DNA of 64,000 nt, taken from Thalia democratica (lineage: Eukaryota). The stretch lies in contig OZ241830.1 in the NCBI GenBank assembly GCA_965202585.1, forward strand, positions 6,324,001-6,388,000, given 5' to 3'. A program made the translations under genes and the position numbers. The notes under the pieces are model-generated. The model saw nothing but the letters and a program-made list of their open reading frames with translations. It was not told where the DNA came from and made no database searches. Below are positions 62,430 through 64,000 of the stretch, piece by piece (the stretch's first letter is position 1; the number at the start of each line of letters is the position of its first letter).

Positions 62430-63760
62430 GTAACTCTTATCTCAATCTGACTTGATCAAAATTGATTAAAACTGTAGATAAAGTAATCAGTCATCAACTT
62501 CAAATCCTTTAAGAGTCGAACTAAAGCAATTAAAAGGTTTACTAGAAACGCCCATTGATTAGATATGCAAAATCTTGTTTTAAATATGATCAAAGTAATA
62601 AATAGGAAGTGAACAACTAATACTACATCCGTTTATAAAAAGTGTAAATAGATGTTTTAGACAATTTTAAAGTTGTAAAGTTTTCTTTTTGTTCCTTTTT
62701 CACAACTAATATAATTATTTCCTATAACACAACACAAATAAAAAATAAAAGATAGTGTCATCGAGTTACGTATTTCAATTATAAATCAGTGATTAAGATT
62801 TTGTAGTCATGCTTGAATATATAAACTTAATTGAAAATTAGGAGATATTCATATTTTTCCTAAAAAGTTAAAGTTAAAGCAAAAATATCACAATACTTTT
62901 AATAACATGTTTCTTGAGGTTCTATGTATACTAAAAGATATTTTTTTTAATTGAAATATAGTATAAATATCTTTTTTGTAAATGTATAAATATAGATATG
63001 TTACGAAAATAAAGTATTTCAAAATGTGTGAAAAACCTATTTAAACTTGAGAAATATACTAATATTGGTCATATTGCTTCCGATATCAGGTATTATTTAT
63101 TTGAAGAAAATAATTTTGTTTTGTTTTTCACAGAAAGAAATAAAGTTATCATAACAATAAACATACAGTATTATTTACTTGTTAAGAGAATACAGGTTTT
63201 ATTAAATATTACTAAGAAGCTATGGTAATTAAACTTTAAATGAATGAAATAAAGGCTGTTTCATTATATCACAAACTTTTGAGTAGATTTGTTTGGAATC
63301 AACGTTAAAATGATTATTTTTTGAAATGATCAGAGTTACAAAAGTTTTAGTCTCATTAATATAATTTTAAATAAAGATAAACAATATACAAACTAATATC
63401 ATACTAGTAATGTACTTCTTAGGTATTTTGTACTTATTCTATTTTAAGAAATTTTTACTAATTACTTTCTAAAATATTTTTAAAAATAATTAAACTGAAT
63501 TTTAATGAAGACAATTATAAAAAATGTTAAAAAACTTCATTAAAAATTATAAAAATTTAAAAATTATACTTTGAATTTATTTCATACTGTCCAAATTCTG
63601 CCTGTAGCGATCAGATTATAAACGCATGTTTTAATCTCAACTAATCAAAATTGATTACAATTGTAGATAAATTATTCAATTACCAACGTCAAGTCATTTA
63701 AGAGTCGAAATGTTGCAATCATAAGATCTAGTATTTACGCCCATCGATTACAGATTGATA
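62430..63760. repeat. Diverged ~130-bp direct repeat pair ~1.2 kb apart
   Basis: atctcaa...atcaaaattgatta...tgtagataaa...tttaagagtcgaa...cgcccat(t/c)gatta at ~62439-62562 and ~63634-63750. Confidence 0.7.
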
Positions 63761-64000
63761 GTTTCATTTGCTTTGTAATTAAGGTAACCAATCGGAAATA
63801 AACTATCAATACAATTTCCGTTAGTCAAGAATTAAAAATCTAAATAAATTTTAACTGAATTTTGAAAATTGTAAGTATTTTTAATACTCATTTTACTTAA
63901 CAGTTTATAAACAACTTAAAAATTTTGTTTTTTGATTGTGTCATTATAAACGTTGTTTTATCTTTAAAAATACAAACTTGGAAGCAATAATTCAATGAAT

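Noticed and set aside
48600-64000. Short ORFs in the track (51519, 55220, 59463, 60839, 60858, 63028) as genes or transposase
   Set aside because: Low-complexity F/L/K/I/N translations of AT-rich DNA, or translations of the GCGGGCC subterminal repeats; no GC-rich spliced exons like those of the real genes.

Overview
Eukaryotic, very AT-rich animal genomic DNA. An invertebrate such as a tunicate is my guess from intron size, splice-site usage and CRE-motif abundance; this is not demonstrated. By hand-splicing I reconstruct two tandem, same-strand, paralogous secreted vWA-collagen genes. Gene A (CDS 1088-20859, 34 coding exons, ~1096 aa): signal peptide - vWA - ~274-aa Gly-X-Y helix - vWA - vWA - RGD/poly-Arg tail, a collagen VI alpha1/alpha2-like layout. 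Gene B (CDS 29377-48556, 21 exons, ~1006 aa): signal peptide - vWA - ~300-aa helix - vWA - Kunitz - acidic Ser-Gly/Tyr tail, a collagen XXVIII-like layout. Gene B also has 3-nt and 6-nt candidate microexons and an alternative last exon (furin site plus His/acid peptide). The ~15 kb after gene B looks non-coding, with a TSD-flanked 3-kb non-autonomous hAT element and tandem repeats. Most notable: (i) repeated local triplication of segments spanning splice sites, including an intron apparently born this way; (ii) probable independent intron gains in gene A; (iii) alternative C-termini of gene B; (iv) opposite helix and tail charge plus a register-matched Cys, suggesting the two chains co-assemble; (v) paired TGACGTCA palindromes at exon edges and an intronic RFX X-box array resembling a hidden promoter. 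All coordinates and counts were derived by hand; no database searches were run.
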